A DNA stretch of 64,000 nucleotides, taken from assembly GCF_032191835.1 (NCBI RefSeq), contig NC_083223.1, positions 54,746,001 through 54,810,000 of the forward strand, given 5' to 3'. Positions 36,801 through 48,370 of the stretch are shown one piece after another. Origin of the DNA: Heteronotia binoei (taxonomy: Eukaryota). The position numbers were made by a program, and so were the translations under genes. How positions within the stretch are numbered: position 1 is the first letter of the stretch; every line of letters begins with the position of its first letter. The notes under the pieces were generated by a model. The model was not told the DNA's origin. It saw nothing but the letters and a program-made list of their open reading frames with translations, and searched no databases.

Positions 36801-37779
36801 CATTAATTATCCAAGAAACTGTGTTGGCTCTCTTTTTATCCATGTCTGCCTGCAAAGGGAAATGCTAAGCAAATTGTGCTGAAGGAAGTTGTCTTCCCTC
36901 CCCAGTTCATCTTCAGGAAGATTGTGCTGCTAGGAAAAGAAAGATATGTTCTGTCAGTTCTGTCTGCTATGTATACTGAGAAGCCTTGGAGTAAGACTTC
37001 TCTTGTTTGAAGGTCTCTGGTCATGAGCCCCCCCCCCCCCCCCCATGACAAAGAAGAGATCTGACTTCCATGAAACCAAACCTAACTCCAATTCTACTTG
37101 TTCTCCACAGTGGGTTTATGTTGGGTATACAGAAAAGTTCTTTCTAAATAAAATGTATGTTAAGCAAGAGGGACATACTAATAGTACTGCCTGGATTGGA
37201 TTTTGACATAAATATTTATTACAGTTTAATCTTCTCCACCGAGGACATCAGTCATAAAACCAGAGAGGAAGAAAAGCCAAAGTGACAGCAGACAGATGAA
37301 TGCTAACACATTTGAACTTTCAAATAGTGGTAGGCAGCTTTGATATTAACATAGCCCTTTCCTTTGTCATGTTCAGTTTATTGAACAGTAATTTTCACTG
37401 ACTAGACATATTACAACATCATCAGCCAACATCCTTCAGGGGGTGAAAGTAAAGATGGTTTTCTTTTTAAAAAAATATTCACAAGCTGATCTTAAGGAGA
37501 CAAAAATAGTTTCCCTTCAATGTTCTTTGCTAATTTTGATCGGGGGCGGGGGGTGAGGGGAATGTAAATGCCTTGAAATCATTCTCTGAGCTTTCACCAC
37601 TGCGACCTGGACATTATGGGTAACTACTGTACTTCACCCTTTGCTCAGTGACAGACAACATATGACCTTTCAAAAGCACTGAGCATTGTTTGAAGACTCT
37701 GTCATCCAATCCACTATAAACATACCCCTTAAAATAAAAGTGTTGTACCACCCACAGAACTCATTATTCATATTTCCAT

Positions 37780-38500
37780 TATGTGGCCATTGTTCCCTTC
37801 CCCCGTAGTTGGCTCCCTTTCCATCCTTTGTGAAAGGGCCCTGTCTTTGGTCACCACTCACTTCACCTCTTCTGGCATGGGCACAGAGAACAGGGTTTCA
37901 GAACACGATCTTTCCTGGTAGATTGGACTGTCGGGAAAGAGGCAGTTCTTCAAGCACCCTGGCAAAGATTTAAGGCCTTAAAGGTATCAATAGAGCTCTG
38001 AATTGTGCCTGGCAAAAGAAGGGCAGGCCGTGTAGTCACTCAGCATGGGGTGATATAGTCTCTGTAATGCACCACCAATAGTAGGCTGGCTACCAGATTC
38101 TGGACCAGCTGAAATTTCTGCACTCTTTTCAAAGGCAACTTGTAAGAGTCAGCACTTATAGAGCTTAAGGATTTCCTTAACTGTGGTGAAGTTGCAAGTT
38201 TCTACATGATAGTGACAGCTTATTTTGAGCAAAAGTACTGGGCAGACTTGGCCAGTTTATATAGCCGTTCTTATCTGGTTGCTGGAGAGCACCCGGAAGA
38301 CAGAGATTCGGGCTTCCATGACTTCAAACTGGAATACCAAGGAATGCCTCAGTAAGAATGGACTCTCTTAAGCCTCCAGATGGGAAAGTCAGGTCATAGG
38401 ATTACCCCAGAAGGGGAAGCCAGCAAGCAGTTAATGTTTTGGAGATTCATCCTTTACCTGGCACAAGTATACTGTTATTCTCGTCTGTGCCACTGTTGTG
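37780..38500 (-). mobile_element. Old L2 ORF2 3' remnant
   Basis: The reverse translation has KLPLKRVQKFQLVQN...TFKALN-like segments with stops. Boundaries are approximate. Confidence 0.5.
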
Positions 38501-38719
38501 ATTTAAGAGTGATTTCTGCTCCACATACACTCTTCATTATCTGAAATACTGAATAAAGGCAAAGGTAGCTTCTAATCTGCTGTGCCAAAAGTACTGCTGA
38601 AGCTCTGCTTATATCCTCAAAGTGAACTCAGAAGTTAAAAGGCTTCAATAAAGGATCAGGACCCAGTAAGACCCTAGGGGTCCCAGGTGTCTGTGGGTTC
38701 AGTGCATGAGAACAGGAGT

Positions 38720-38866
38720 AGGTCCGGCCCCTTCCCAGCCAAGCCGGCTCACCGGTGTTCAGGCTGGGGGCCGTCTTTGCCCCCTCGGAAGGAGGGAGCG
38801 ACAGAGCGGTAGGCCCGATATACGCCCCGGCCCCGCCCAGGACGTTACAGTTCTCCTGGCTCTCTG
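38720..38866 (+). repeat. Ngaro repeat A1 (36 bp shorter than A2)
   Basis: Aligns with 56606-56788 except for the missing GGGTCCTGAGCTGGGCGTGGCGTCGAGGCTATATAA. Confidence 0.9.
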
Positions 38867-39629
38867 AGGGAGAGCCACGTGTAGGAGAGTGTTAAGGTCG
38901 GGTCGGCTGGGCCTTGGAGCGGCGAGGGACGGTGCCGGTCGGCTGTGCGGAGGACGTGTAGCAGCGGCGTGGCGCTGGCGGCGGGTGCAGCGCAAGCGGC
39001 TGGTCAAGCACGAGCGCGTTTCGGTCTTCCCCTTGGTCCTGGGGGCTGGTGAAGTGGGCGGCCCGAGAGTGGTCGGGGGAGCAGGCGGCGGCCATTTTTT
39101 CGGGTGCTCGGCTTGGATTTAGGCGGCAAAGGAGGCGGGAAGTACGCAGCGGCTGCTGGGTGCGGCCCGAGTTCCACTACAGCCGTTTTTGTGGGGCTTG
39201 ACTTTTGGGTGCCAAGGAGGCTGGGACGTGCGCGGCGGTGCACACGGCAGCCATTTGGTGGGGCTGTGAAGGGAGGCAGGACGTGCGCAGCGGCGCATGC
39301 GGCGGCTATTTTGTGACACAAAAGGAGGCTAGACACATTCAGCAGCCCTCAGGGCACGAGTCACGGCGCACGCGGCGGCCATTTTAGATTGCCCCCTCAG
39401 GCCCAAGGCAGCGCATAAGGCCAGTTGAGGAGTTTAAAGCATACTGCTCGGTGTGGAGAGTGAGGTGTTGGGACTGGGGCATTCTCATCCTATTCTCATT
39501 GACTGGGCTGGTTGGCATATTAGGGGCTGTTTGGGGCCTAGCCTGGTTTCCCACGCCCCCTTTCTTCCTTGGGCGGATTATAGTGACATTGCGAGCCCCC
39601 CCCCCCAGTTGCTATTATTAGTGCTCAGG

Positions 39630-41123
39630 ATGGCGCATAAGAAGGGGCAAGGCAAGTCCAAAGGAAAGCAGCCCGCTCGCCCATCCCGGGGGCGGGGCCA
39701 GCAAACGAATCCTGTTGAGCAGCCGGGGCAAGGGGAGCTGGTCCGACTTGCCATCATGAACCAATTGGAGGCCCTGGCGCAGGAAAGGGTGGCTATGGGC
39801 GCTCACATATGGGAGGGGCGTCGACGCGCCTCCAGGCGGACGGCGCGGCTGACTTTTGAGTCAGAAGTGCTGGCCCGCTTATCTGCATTACAGGGCGGGC
39901 CATCTGGGCCTGAACAACGGCCAGAACCAGACCAGGAGGAGGATCCAGAGGAAGGTCCATTGGGAGAGCTGATGAGTGGCGGCGCATCCGGAGGTGGTGT
40001 GCGGCAAACCCCTGGAGGCTCCCTACTCAGCCGGTTCAGGGGTGGCCGTGGGGCCCTATACAGATGCCCCCCCGCCAGTAACAGGAGGGGCGGCTTGGGG
40101 CATTGGGCAGTTCGGGACGCCTGAGCAGCGGGGTCCCGGGCTGCCATGGGCTTGGGGCCTTCAGGGAGTAGCCCCCCTGGGAGGTGTAGGTTTCCCAATT
40201 GTTGACCAGCAGGCGGGCTCGGTGGGGACACCTGCGGTCCCTGCTGCCCCGCCCACCCCTGGCATTCTGCCTTGGGGCGGGCAGCAATATGCTCAAGTTC
40301 AGGGGCATGGCCTGGCGTTCAGGGTGGCGGGTGGTTCTATCCACCAAACCCTTATGCCAGTATTCCTTTTCACGTCCTTCCTTATGGCGACACTTCGTTG
40401 CCTTTGGGGGATCATTTAGCGGCTGTTACACGTGAAAAAATCCTCCGTGGGGAGTATATCGACGTGTTCAGCCTCCTTTTCAGGGAGCTCGAAAAGAAGA
40501 GTAAGGACGAGCTCGATGAGAAGGAGAAAGAGAAATTAAAACGCAGAAAGGTGGATAGGACATGGGCAAAATGGTTGCCCAGATTTTTGATTTATGCTGG
40601 TGTCATTGCTGGAGCACAGCCGGCTCACGCGACCGCGCTGTTCCAGTACATAGACATTGTTTACCGGGCATATACGGACTTCGTCGGTGCAGCTTGGCTG
40701 CAATACGACGAGGCCTTCCGCATGAGGGCCGCTGTTAACCCAGGGATGTCATGGGACCAGATCAACCAGCAGCTGTGGCTGCAGTTGATGTCCCCGGCGA
40801 AGCCAAATGCCGGAGACAGGTCTGATAGCGGGCATTTGGTACAAAAGCAGCAACAACAACAGTTCTCTACAGGGGACCACGTTACTGCGGGCCAGCCGGT
40901 TCAAACCCGGCTGTTGTGCTGGGAATTCTCAACGAAGGGTGTGTGCCCCAGGAAACCCTGTAAGTTTAGACACGAGTGCCCACTTTGTAGTGGGGCTCAC
41001 GCACTCTCTGCCTGTAGTAGGTCGAAGCCCAGGGCCAGGGGTAAGCGCCCCGGGGGCGGCGGTGGCGGACAGCAGCCACCTGGTAAAGGGGACCAGCCCC
41101 ATTCGTCTGACAGTACTCAATAG
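39630..41123 (+). pseudogene. Ngaro gag-like ORF1, about two frameshifts
   Basis: ATG 39630 (MAHKKGQ...). WLQYDEAFRMRAA motif. C-terminal C-x8-C-x4-C-x3-H plus C-x2-C-x3-H-x4-C fingers. Pieces lie in three frames. Confidence 0.8.
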
Positions 41124-42172
41124 GTTATTGAGAACGTACCCACGCGAGGCGGATGGTCAGTATCTTCGGGATGGGTTTACTTACGGGTTTCGGATGCCTT
41201 ATCAGGGGCCAAGGGCCCCCTTTTTGGCTCCTAACCTCCATTCGGTGGTTGGTCTCGAGCACATTGTGCGGGCCAAAATAGCTAAGGAGTGCCTAGAGGG
41301 CAGGGTCCTAGGACCTTTTGATATGCCGCCTGTGCCCATGTTAAGGGTATCTCCTTTGGGCGTGGTGCCTAAGAAGGCACCTGGTGAATATCTCCTTATT
41401 CACCACCTGTCTTACCCCAGGGGGGCGTCAGTGAACGACGCCATCCCTGAGGAGTTATGTTCAGTGTGATATACCTCCTTTGACCAGGCGGTCAAAGTAG
41501 TGCAAGGCTGCGGGGTTGGGGCTGAGATGGCAAAGTGCGACATAAAGTCAGCATTTCGCCTCTTGCCTGTCCACCCTGAGGATTTTGAGCTCCTGGGTTT
41601 TTCTTTTGAAGGAAAATTCTACATGGATCGTGCCCTGCCGATGGGTTGTTCGGTATCCTGTTCCACGTTCGAGCGTTTTAGTTCCTTTGTGGAATGGGCG
41701 CTTAGGGACAGGACGGGGCTTAGCGACACGGCGCATTATCTGGACGACTACCTTTTTGTCGGTCCAGCGGGGTCAGGGCAATGCGCCAGGTTGTTGCACT
41801 CCTTTCAGGAGTTAGCCATCGAACTCGGGATGCCCTTGGCACACGAGAAGACCGAGGGGCCCAGTACGGTGCTTACATTTTTAGGCATCGAGCTTGACAC
41901 CCATCAGCAGGAGGGTCTGTACGCATGCGCTAAGGAAGCTGGCTGTTTGCTCGTCCTCCCCTTCGGATTGGAATTTTAAATAGCTCAAAAGAATGTAAAT
42001 AGCCTTTTGGCAAGACTATTTGAAGAAGGAGCTTACTTTCAAAGGTCTGAAGAACATAAGAATTCCTTTCTGGGGTCCCAGAGGGTAAGATAACAACTTT
42101 TACTATCAAATTAACAAGGCAACGCCCAGGTTAATTATTCAGTGGTCACGCGTAACTCCAGAAAAAAACAAC

Positions 42173-42985
42173 ATGGCTAAGACAATTAAAGAATTATCAG
42201 AGCAAATTACTGCTTTCCAGGCTTTAATAATGTCGTCCCAGGACCAGATAAGATCTGAAATTAAATCAGTCAGAGAAGCAGTTTCAGAGTTGACTGCGGA
42301 GCTCAAGGACACACGGAACATCGCTATTTTGGCTAATGAGCTTGCCTTATCTAACAAACAGAAAATACTCCAGCTGAACTCGCAGCTTACAGAGCTCTCT
42401 GACCGTAACAGAAGAGCGAATTTGATCCTGGGTGGAATTTCAGAGGAAATAAATAATAAACTGCTGGAAGGAACTCTTATAGACTGGATGGGCGAGCAAG
42501 GAGTTACTCTGCAATCTCAGGATATTGAGAGAGCTCATAGACTGCAAAGGAGACAAGATGGTGGTGCCCCAAGGGAAGTCATAATTAAATTTTCAAGGGA
42601 AAAGACTCAGCAGATAGTTTTCAAGACTTTGAAAAAAAAGAAAGACCTTTCTTTTAGAGGAAGGAAAGTTTGGGTGAGAGAAGACTTCTGCCAGGAAACC
42701 ATCAGAAAGAGAAGGCTAATGAGACCCTTTGGGCAAAAATTATATGACAATAAGATTAAATTCTCTTGGGGGTACCCCTCCTCAATAATTATTTTCAAAG
42801 ACGAAAAAAGGCTGGTGGCCCGCAACCCTAAGGAAGCAAGAGATCTCCTCACTCGCCTGGGCATCGCCACAGACGACCTGAGAGACCCGAGAGAGGAAGA
42901 AGAAGAAGAAACAGTGGATCTCGATGTGGACCCGGGAGAAGGAAGCTCAAGTAGACAAGAGAAAAGGCCAAGAACGGACTACTAA
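42173..42985 (+). CDS. L1 #1 ORF1p, 270 aa, open
   Basis: Coiled-coil N-terminus, RRANLILGGISEE, IERAHR, PREVIIKF, EDFCQETIRKRR motifs. Confidence 0.88.
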   Translation: MAKTIKELSEQITAFQALIMSSQDQIRSEIKSVREAVSELTAELKDTRNIAILANELALSNKQKILQLNSQLTELSDRNRRANLILGGISEEINNKLLEGTLIDWMGEQGVTLQSQDIERAHRLQRRQDGGAPREVIIKFSREKTQQIVFKTLKKKKDLSFRGRKVWVREDFCQETIRKRRLMRPFGQKLYDNKIKFSWGYPSSIIIFKDEKRLVARNPKEARDLLTRLGIATDDLRDPREEEEEETVDLDVDPGEGSSSRQEKRPRTDY

Positions 42986-43197
42986 AGGGAAATATAAAAC
43001 ATTTTGAGCTAAATTTAGCTAGAAGCTAGAAGGGGAGGGCGGGGTGCGTACCCCCTGGAAGGTGGAAGACAGGATGATTGTCTAATCCAGAAAGTTGTCT
43101 GTGCCACAGGGGAAGGGAATGGGGGGTGGGTTTTTAGTAAGAAGTATAGTAAAATACTCTCAGCCAATAGGGCCCAAGTTTGTTACAAATAAAGAGA

Positions 43198-46100
43198 ATG
43201 GATAGATCTTTAAGAGTCCTTTCACTGAATGTGAATGGTCTAACATCAAGTCTTAAGAGATTCAGAGTAATTAAAATGGCTAAAGAACAAAGAGTTTTCC
43301 TGTTGTGCCTACAGGAAACTCACAAAAAAATAAATGATAGAAAACCATTGATAAAAGATTTGAGGTGGCAGGTTTTAGCAGAAGCAAGAGGGTCTTCCAA
43401 AGCTAGAGGTGTGGCTACATTGATTCGTAAGGATATTAAGGTGGAGAACATTGAAAAATTAGTAGATAAGGAAGGTAGATACCTGTTAGTTAAGTTTAAG
43501 CTGGAAGCCATAAAAATCACTATAGTAAATGTTTATGCACCAAATAAAAGACAAAGGAAATTCTTAAACTTGGTTTTTAAGAAGATACAACAGTTTTCAG
43601 AGGGCGAACTAATTGTAGTGGGCGATTTAAATACGGACATAACCAAGAACAATAGTATTAAGCTAAGAGATTGGGGCTTGAAGGACGCTCATGAGTTTAC
43701 CGACACGAGACCCAGCCTGACACACATTTCTTGTAGACATAAAACAGCATCCCGCTTAGATTATATAATTTTGGAAAAAAATAATAATATGGTGGTTAAA
43801 GAGATCAAGACCCATCCAATTTTGATTTCTGACCATGCCCCTCTAAGTATAGAATTAGAACTAAATCTTCCTTCGACAAACAGACCTTGGAGGTATAACA
43901 ACCTGGTAATGGCAAAAGAAGAGGATAGGGAATACTTAATGACACAGTTAAAATTATATTTTAAGGAAAATAGAGGAACTGTGCCAACTAATATATTATG
44001 GGACGCTGCTAAAGCGGTAATAAGGGGCCATTTGGTTAGGAAAGAAAAAGACATAAAAAGAATGGTATAAAAAGGGCAAACAAAACTTAATGAATTGGAG
44101 GAGTTACAAAATGAAATAATGGGAACGTGTAATCCTAGTTTACAGATTAGAATTAAAGAGATTCAAAAACAGTTGGAGGCCCTAGATATGGCAACAATGT
44201 GGAAAAAGGAAATAATGGTTAGGAACGACTTCCAGAGGAATAGCATTAACACAGCAAAAAGGTTAGCTAATTATTTGAAAGTTAAAAAGGCAAAACAATC
44301 AATTAGAAGTATTAAAATTAATAATAATACAACTCAAAACTCTAAGGAAATCACTAAGGCATTTGAAGACTTCTATAAAAAATTATATATGAAAAAGAAT
44401 ATAACGGAGGTGTGGGACGCACCTAAGCTAATCATAGAGGAGGAAGCAAAAGCCTCACTGGGAGCTGAGATTACACTCCAAGAGATAAAGGAAGTAATAA
44501 AAGCGCTCAAAAAAGGTAAATCACCAGGGCTGGATGGCTTTACTTCTGACTTTTATAAAGAAATGGTAGAAATTATAGCACCCGAATTGCAGGTAGTCTT
44601 TAACAAAGTCTTGGAAGGAAAGAAAGCCCCGGACTCATGGAAGGAAACAGAAATAATTTTGATATTAAAGCCCCAGAAAGACCCGGAAGAAGTAGGTTCG
44701 TATAGGCCCATTAGTTTACTAAATCAAGATTATAAGATCTTTGCTAAGGTTTTAGCAAATAGACTTAAGAGAGTTATCCCGTCAATCATAAAAGGGGACC
44801 AATACGGTTTTATTGAGGGTAGATCTATTGCCCATCCCATTAGAAATATTTTAAATGTACTGCACCATGGCCAAAAGAAAAAAATAGCTTTGTTAAAGTT
44901 GGATGTTTATAAAGCCTTTGATACTCTCTCACATGAATTCTTGTGGCAATATTAAAGAAGATAGGTTTAGAGGAACGGTTCTTACACGCTATACAGGAAA
45001 TATACAACGGAGGTAAGGCAAAACTTAGGTCGTTTTCGCACTTAGCGTTTGCTCCCCTTATTCCACGGCGCAATTATGTCCGGCTCATTTTCCTCGTTTT
45101 CGCACATGGACTCATTTGCGGAGTCGCTTTCCATGAAGCCCCGGCTCAAATCGTTTTCCCACTGGCATCGACTTGAGTTCGATGCCCTGTCAATCATTTT
45201 TTTTTAAGCGCAAGTCTGGTTGCGTAAGGACGTAATAACGTAACATCGAGCAGTCACAGCTGTTCCTTCCCCTTCTTTTCGTGGACAAACCGCATCACGT
45301 GTGCTGCTTCTGCTTATGGATTGGCTGCAGCTGTAGTATCCTCCACAGCCCTTTATGTATTAACAGAAGCATTCACAGTGGAGAATCCTAGCACTAGATT
45401 CCCCCCCCAAATTCTGAAGTTGCGAAATATCGCAATAACGAAGAGAGAGAAATCGAGGGGTTTGTGTGTGTGTGTGTGTGTGGCAGCTTCTTCCTTTCCC
45501 AGCCTCGCTCCCTCCCGGGTGGCGAAGCTGGGATTTCCTCCGCGCTCTTCCCCCTCCCCGGCTGGCGCTTGCAACGGGGACCTGACTGATTCCTGCCGCC
45601 AGAGCTCCCCCCCCGCCCCATTCTCTCCTTCCCCTTCTGTGGCGCGTGTGAAGAACGAGCTCGCGTCTATTTTCTAACCGAGCGGAATGTAGCCAGGGAG
45701 AAGAATGCAGGACTCCAACTTCCCATTTTATACATGGCGATTTTGTGCAGGTCCAGAAATCCTGGTGGCACAGCTGAGGGAGGCATTGCCTTTTTAAAAC
45801 ACACACACATGAACGCTTTGGCCCGTGCCGGCACTAGATTCCCCCCCCCCAACAATGTATAATGTAGTTGCAAGATAACGCAACAGCGAAATAACGCAAC
45901 TAAAGTCAATAATAATAATAAAAAATTCTAACGAAACCAATTGAAGTGGCAATTGAGGCTATTCCAGGAGGGTTTTTTTTTTCCTATTTGTTAATTTCGA
46001 AATATCGCTATTACGCAAGAAATATGAAGTTTAAAAAAAAATGGCCGTGCGGGCACTTTTGGGAAGCGCCGCGAACGGCTGATGATTGGTCAAGGGGGTG

Positions 46101-46774
46101 GATGGGGTGGGAGGACGGAAAGGGAGAGGGTGACGCCCACAAAGCAGTCGATCCGGCGTGGATGGATTTCCCACAGCAAACTCCGAGGAGTGGATCCGGT
46201 GTGGATCCGGAGGTTTTCAAAAACTCCGGAAGCATGTTGAAAAACATACTCCGGCGTGAAACCCCTGAAGCGCTGGAGCAAACCGCAGCGCCGGAGCAAC
46301 AGGTGCGAAAACCAGGAAAAGATCCGGAGGTAAATGGGGTGCTACGCCGGAATAAACGCTAGTGCGAAAACGCTCTTAGAGTCAACACTGACCACTCACA
46401 AGCGTTTCCAATTCAAGGGGGGGTAAGACAAGGCTGTCCACTATCCCCGCTCATATTTATAATAGCTATAGAACAACTAGCAGAGCGAATTAGGAATGCG
46501 GGGAGAATAGAGGGGTATAAGTCAGGTAATGAAGAAATGAAAATTAATTTATTTGCGGATGATATCATAGTAATTATGTCTAATCCAAAAGATGGAGTTA
46601 AAGAGATTAAGATAATTTTAGATGATTTTGAAAAGTGTTCAGGGCTTGGAGTGAATATGGCAAAATCAGAAATTCTATACCTTAATGTTAATAGAGAGGA
46701 AAAACAGGAAATAAATAGGATTACGAATATAGGAATGGGAGCCAAGAGACTTAAATACCTAGGGATAGTCCTGC
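43198..46774 (+). pseudogene. L1 #1 ORF2 (EN + RT), disrupted and 3'-truncated
   Basis: SLNVNG, LQETH, NVYAPN, GDLN, SDH; KSPGLDG, YRPISLLN, KAFD, RQGCPLSP, FADD, YLG. Stop at 44068, frameshift near 44950, MITE at 45028. Confidence 0.9.
45028..46375. mobile_element. PIF/Harbinger-like non-autonomous element (1348 bp)
   Basis: 3-bp TSD TTA (45025-45027, 46376-46378). TIRs GGTCGTTTTCGCACT / AGTGCGAAAACGCTC, with the core repeated about 65 bp inside each end. Removing it restores the L1 peptide GGKAKLRVNT. Confidence 0.85.
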
Positions 46775-46785
46775 AAAAAAAAAAA

Positions 46786-46786
<1 letters not shown>

Positions 46787-46833
<47 letters not shown>
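46787..46833. repeat. (TA)n microsatellite at the L1 #1 3' junction
   Basis: Read directly from the sequence. Confidence 0.95.
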
Positions 46834-47877
46834 GGACAAAATGACACCCATCACCCTACTATATATATATGGACAAAATGACACCCATCAGCAGGCTTCC
46901 CAACTGCCGGAGAATAAGGTTGCTGACCTTAAGGTCCGGTTAGCCACCCTGAGGGGGCAGCGGAAGGTTTCGCTGTTGGAATTACAGCAGGTAGTGGGTC
47001 ACCTTAACTTTGCATGCAAAGTGGGGGGTTTCCGGTTGATGGCGGAGTGAGGCAGAGCTCCTTTCCCGTCTCTCGGGAGGGAACTCTGTTGGAGGGGTAT
47101 TTGAGGGGGCTTCCCGGCCGGGAAGTACCTCTTAAGGAGACGTCTGGGGACGCTACGAAGCCTGGGGGGCTTTCTGGACGTGGGAGTGGAGCGGAGGCTC
47201 CACACCCAGTGCCAGTTTTCCTCTTGGCCGATACCCCCTTCAACACCTCGGTGCCTAGCTGGGCCGCCAGAGCAAGGGATCGGAGGGGAAGCGCAACTCC
47301 CTAAAGAGAATTCCCTGAGCGTGCTTTTCTAGAAGGGGTCCTGGCACCTTAAAAATCAGCTAAGCTCGGCAGCGGCGAGTGAGAGAGAACGGCGTGTGAG
47401 AACGGAGAACGGAGCGTGCGGGTGTGCTGGTGAGCGGCGCAGTGGTGGCGCGGCTTGTCTGTGTTGGTGGAGGACGATGGCGGTTGACGAGGCATGGCGG
47501 CGGCTTGGTGAGTGACTGAGAGCGGAGGAGGTCGTGACTGAGAAGGACGCAATCGGGAAGCTGGAGGCTTGACTTGGGGGGTCAGTGAGAAGGTTTTGCA
47601 AGACGTATGAAGTTTGGCAGTTGGGAATTATTGAAGTCTTGCGGAGAGAGAGAGATTCGAGGACGGAGACAGATGAGTGGTAGCGGGAGATGGTCGGCAA
47701 TGGCGGATACACTGGAGGTTCTCCTCCAGGAAGAGGAGAGGAGGAGGTGAGCCGCGGCAGCGAGAACTTATTTTTAAGAAACCAACCCCCCCCCCTCTTG
47801 CCTTTCTATCACTTTAACTTCTGTTTCTATAGTTGCAACAACTTTTTAAGTTTTTATTGTTCTTCGGGAGAGGAACG

Positions 47878-48370
47878 GTTCTGTTTGTCTTGACTATTTG
47901 AGAGATATGGGAAGCTGAATACTGGGAGATTTAAAGAGTGAAGTTGCGGTTTTTAGCAGCATTTGCTGCGGCCGCTCTCCACTGAAGTTTTGGGGCTGGC
48001 GCTGACAAGTGCCTGGAACAGGAACAGAGACGTATAACTGGCACTAAATTCTTTTGGTGAACAAGAAGCAAGAAGTCTTTAGAACTTTGGAACGTGGGAA
48101 GATAGACAATAGACATTAGACAGTTCTGTTTGTCTTGATCATTGGAGAGATACGGGAAGCTGAATATTGGGAGATTTAAAGGGTGAAGCAGCGGTTTTTA
48201 GCAGCATTTGCTGCGGCCGCTCTCCACTGACGTTTTGGGGCTGGCGCTGATAAGTGCCTGGAACAGGAACAGAGACGTATAATTGGCACTTAATTCTTTT
48301 GGTGAACAAGAAGCAAGAAGTCTTTAGAACTTTGGAACGTGGGAAGATAGATAATAAACATTAGACAATA
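47878..48370 (+). repeat. Two 245-bp tandem units in the L1 #2 5' UTR
   Basis: GTTCTGTTTGTCTTG starts at 47878 and 48123. Each unit contains GCTGCGGCCGCTCTCC. Confidence 0.9.

Larger units (their letters stand above)
41911..46878 (+). mobile_element. L1 element #1: 5'-complete, ending just after the RT domain
   Basis: 16-bp TSD TGACACCCATCAGCAG (41895-41910, 46879-46894), ORF1, ORF2 EN and RT, then A12 and (TA)n. Confidence 0.9.

Noticed and set aside
10251-37045. Scattered long G/C homopolymers (for example 10251, 10432, 14170, 21953, 32537, 37027)
   Set aside because: No shared context. Unlike the 828-842 run, they have no structural partner, and their lengths may be sequencing-dependent.
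36400-37050. LTR-like region with a short repeat, ATGCTAAGCAAA(C/T)TGTGCTGAAGGA, near 36466 and 36862
   Set aside because: I could not define termini or a TSD.
45321-46362. ORFs inside the Harbinger-like element as a transposase or captured gene
   Set aside because: No DDE or Myb/SANT motifs. They are explained by high GC and low complexity.
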